A DNA stretch of 64,000 nucleotides. It comes from Gammaproteobacteria bacterium (GTDB lineage Bacteria; Pseudomonadota; Gammaproteobacteria; Eutrophobiales; Eutrophobiaceae). The stretch is from positions 2,244,353 through 2,308,352 of the forward strand of contig OZ244846.1 of NCBI GenBank assembly GCA_965220815.1. Reading direction: 5' to 3'. The notes beneath the pieces were generated by a model, which was not told the origin of the DNA, made no database searches, and saw only the letters and a list, made by a program, of their open reading frames with translations. The position numbers and the translations under genes are program-made. This document shows positions 61,479 to 64,000 of this stretch, piece after piece; the stretch's first letter is position 1; the number at the start of each line of letters is the position of its first letter.

Positions 61479-62396
61479 GTGAAACAGGTCAGTAATCTGC
61501 TGGCGGAGTTTTCAGCCCGCAAACCCATTCGCACCGGATCGCTGGTCGTCACTGTGTTCGGTGATGCCGTATCGCAGCATGGCAGCGCCGTCTGGCTTGG
61601 CAGTTTGATTAGGATACTGGAACCGTTCGGTTTAAATCACAGGCAGATTCGCACTGCGGTATTCAGGCTGGTACAGGAAGACTGGCTGGTTGCCAGGCAG
61701 ATGGGACGGCGCAGTTATTACAGCTTTACCGAGGCGGGCCACAGGCATTATGAAAAGGCGGCGCGCAGAATTTACTACCTCAACAGACAGCCCTGGGACA
61801 GAAAGTGGACCCTGGTATTACCGACTCTGTGCAGCAATAAAGAGAGAGACCTGTTGCGCAGGGAATTGTCCTGGCTTGGATACGGCGCGTTATCATCCGG
61901 TATGCTGGGACATCCTTCCGGGGACCGGCAGTCCCTGGATGAGACCCTGCTGGAATTGAAGCTCACGGACAAGGTAGCTGTATTAATCGCCAATACCGGG
62001 GACGTTGCCTCCCGCGAGGTGTTGAGGAAACTGTCCCATGACTGCTGGGATCTCGACGGCATAGAAAAAAGGTACAACCACTTCATTCGGCGTTTCAGTT
62101 CGGTGGATCGCGCTCTCAGGAGAGCAAGGAAAAGGAACGCCGGGCAATGTTTCCAGGTGCGGACCCTGCTCATCCATGAGTATCGCCGGATACAGTTGCA
62201 GGATTCCGATCTTCCCGGAGAACTTCTGCCGCCGAACTGGCCGGGCATCCCGGCATATAATCTTGCAAGAAATATCTACCGCACCGTGCAGAAAGAATCC
62301 GTTGGCTACCTGATGAAGAATATGGAAACCATCGAAGGCAGCCTGGGCGAACCCGCAAGGGAGTTCTATTCCCGCTTCGACGGGGTCGGTATATAA
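61479..62396 (+). CDS. paaX: Phenylacetic acid degradation operon negative regulator PaaX
   Basis: GSLVVTVFGDAVSQHGSAVWLGSLIRILEPFGL…RTAVFRL matches the PaaX N-terminus. GTG start just after the paaE stop. The track's TTG at 61467 overlaps paaE. Confidence 0.8.
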   Translation: MKQVSNLLAEFSARKPIRTGSLVVTVFGDAVSQHGSAVWLGSLIRILEPFGLNHRQIRTAVFRLVQEDWLVARQMGRRSYYSFTEAGHRHYEKAARRIYYLNRQPWDRKWTLVLPTLCSNKERDLLRRELSWLGYGALSSGMLGHPSGDRQSLDETLLELKLTDKVAVLIANTGDVASREVLRKLSHDCWDLDGIEKRYNHFIRRFSSVDRALRRARKRNAGQCFQVRTLLIHEYRRIQLQDSDLPGELLPPNWPGIPAYNLARNIYRTVQKESVGYLMKNMETIEGSLGEPAREFYSRFDGVGI

Positions 62397-62426
62397 TCCT
62401 GATACGCAAAACCCGGGGAACAAATC

Positions 62427-64000
62427 ATGCAGGGCCTGATGATGGACAGGCAGTTGACCATTACCTCGATAATGGAACATGCCGACAACAACCATCCCAA
62501 TGCTGAGATCGTATCCGTTACCTGTGACAGTCCGAGACACAGGTATACCTATGCGGAGGCATTCCGCAGGACGCGCCGGCTGGCGAATGCCCTGATCGGG
62601 TATGGCGTACGGCCCGGGGACCGTGTCGCGACCTTTGCCTGGAACGATTACCGCCATTTCGAGCTGTATTACGGCATAGCAGGCATCGGCGCCGTGACCC
62701 ATACGGTAAACCCGCGCCTGTTCCCGGACCAGATCACCTATATCGTAAACCATGCGGAGGACAGGCTGGTCTTTGTCGACCCCCTGATTGTTCCGGTGCT
62801 GGAGAAAATAAGGGATGAGCTGCCCTGCGTCGAGGCTTATATCATCCTGACGAATGATGACAATATGCCTGATACCGGATTGAAGAACGCACAGTCCTAT
62901 GAATCCTTCATCGGGTCTCAACCGGACCGGATTGACTGGCCTGAACTGGACGAGAAAACAGCCTGTTGCCTGTGTTATACCTCCGGAACCACCGGCAATC
63001 CCAAGGGGGTGCTGTACCATCACCGCTCCATGGTATTGCACACCCTTATCGGCATCTCAACGGATTGCTTTGACCTGTCTGTCCGGGATGTGGTCATGCC
63101 GGTCGTGCCCATGTTCCACGTAAATGCCTGGGGTCTGGCCTACGGCGCGCCCGTAGCCGGCACCAAGCTGGTATTCCCGGGCCCCAAAATGGGCGACGGC
63201 GCAACCCTGCAGGCATTGATTGAAGAGGAAGAGGTGACTTATTCGGCCGGGGTGCCCACCGTGTGGTTGAACCTGCTCAAGTATCTTGGCGAGACGGGCA
63301 GGCAGGTCGGCACCTTGAAACGGGTCGTGATCGGCGGGTCGGCCTGCCCCCGGTCGATAATGGAGGAGTTCGAGGAGCGCCATGGCGTTTATGTCAATCA
63401 TGCCTGGGGGATGACGGAGATGAGCCCCCTGGGCACCTTCAATACCCTGAAACCGGAAATGCAGAAACTGTCCCGGGAGGAGCAATTTGCCATCAGGGAG
63501 AAGCAGGGGCGCGCGCTCTACGGCGTCGAGATGAAGATAGTCGATGATGAAAATAATGAACTGCCCTGGGACGGACAATCCACAGGGCTGCTGAAAGTAC
63601 GCGGCCCATTCATTTGCAGCGACTATTACAACACCGGAGTGCCGAGTGACGTACACGACGGGGACGGCTGGTTCAGTACCGGTGACGTGGGTTCCATAGA
63701 TGCCGAAGGTTACCTGCAGCTCACCGACAGGTCCAAGGACGTCATCAAGTCCGGGGGCGAGTGGATCAGCTCCATCGACCTGGAAAACACCGCGGTCGGC
63801 CATCCCGACGTTGCCGAGGCTGCAGTGATCGGGGTGCCTCACCCGAAATGGTCGGAACGGCCGTTGCTTGTCGTCGTCAGGAAGGAGGGCAGTGAAGTGA
63901 GCAGGGAAGCAATTCTGGACTGGCTGCGGGACAAGGTGGCGAAATGGTGGTTGCCCGATGACGTGGTCTTCGTCGACGAAATCCCGCACACCGCGACGGG
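62427..64000 (+). CDS. AMP-dependent acyl-CoA synthetase/ligase (FadD-like), 3'-truncated by the window edge. Missing from the ORF track.
   Basis: Open frame from the ATG at 62427 to the window end. Motifs [13 protein letters not shown] (AMP-binding P-loop), …WGMTE…, …[11 protein letters not shown]…, …SGGEWISS…. The antisense track ORFs 61983..63041 and 63057..63989 are spurious. Confidence 0.8.
   Translation, partial: MQGLMMDRQLTITSIMEHADNNHPNAEIVSVTCDSPRHRYTYAEAFRRTRRLANALIGYGVRPGDRVATFAWNDYRHFELYYGIAGIGAVTHTVNPRLFPDQITYIVNHAEDRLVFVDPLIVPVLEKIRDELPCVEAYIILTNDDNMPDTGLKNAQSYESFIGSQPDRIDWPELDEKTACCLCYTSGTTGNPKGVLYHHRSMVLHTLIGISTDCFDLSVRDVVMPVVPMFHVNAWGLAYGAPVAGTKLVFPGPKMGDGATLQALIEEEEVTYSAGVPTVWLNLLKYLGETGRQVGTLKRVVIGGSACPRSIMEEFEERHGVYVNHAWGMTEMSPLGTFNTLKPEMQKLSREEQFAIREKQGRALYGVEMKIVDDENNELPWDGQSTGLLKVRGPFICSDYYNTGVPSDVHDGDGWFSTGDVGSIDAEGYLQLTDRSKDVIKSGGEWISSIDLENTAVGHPDVAEAAVIGVPHPKWSERPLLVVVRKEGSEVSREAILDWLRDKVAKWWLPDDVVFVDEIPHTAT

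Overview
This is a 64-kb chromosomal window with about 60% GC. Its gene content fits a gammaproteobacterium, possibly a sulfur- or aromatic-compound-oxidising lineage, although that placement is a guess from content alone. The backbone is conserved housekeeping synteny: aroC, tldD plus a carbon-nitrogen hydrolase, hom-thrC-recJ-prfB-lysS (prfB carrying the canonical +1 programmed frameshift), argG, and aceE-aceF. Interleaved with these are accessory blocks, several at visibly lower GC. (1) A sulfite dehydrogenase sorAB locus, into which a RelE/ParD toxin-antitoxin cassette has been inserted next to a degenerate duplicate of the sorB 3' end. (2) At least four further toxin-antitoxin-like pairs (XRE + DUF4258, orphan BrnA with a BrnT remnant, Phd-VapC, RHH-VapC). 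(3) A 3-hydroxyanthranilate dioxygenase / ACMS decarboxylase pair. (4) The most striking block: a three-gene cassette with a Sec-secreted low-complexity protein carrying nine EGKCG motifs, followed by a DUF692 (MNIO, MbnB-like) enzyme and a DUF2063 (MbnC-like) partner. That is the architecture of protein/RiPP cysteine-modifying systems of the Hvf/bufferin/methanobactin type. (5) Phenylacetate catabolism split into two blocks 22 kb apart: paaI-paaZ/paaK and paaABCDE-paaX followed by an acyl-CoA ligase. (6) A cytoplasmic reductive-dehalogenase-like protein with an internally duplicated domain directly upstream of paaA. (7) A minimal mauB-mauA-cytochrome c amine dehydrogenase cluster. (8) A low-GC three-gene operon: hypothetical protein, RlmJ-like N6-adenine methyltransferase, secreted MORN-repeat protein. 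(9) TRAP transporter genes, an NCS2 permease, a DUF485 + sodium:solute symporter pair, and a small catabolic islet (Rieske oxygenase, nitrilase-family hydrolase, CrtI-like oxidoreductase, EthD). Three families of REP-like palindromic repeats (5, 5 and 2 copies) mark many intergenic junctions. I found no rRNA, tRNA or CRISPR array. The ORF track marks some GTG/TTG starts as M, so several starts were re-derived here. It also omits the plus-strand acyl-CoA ligase gene that runs off the 3' end of the window.
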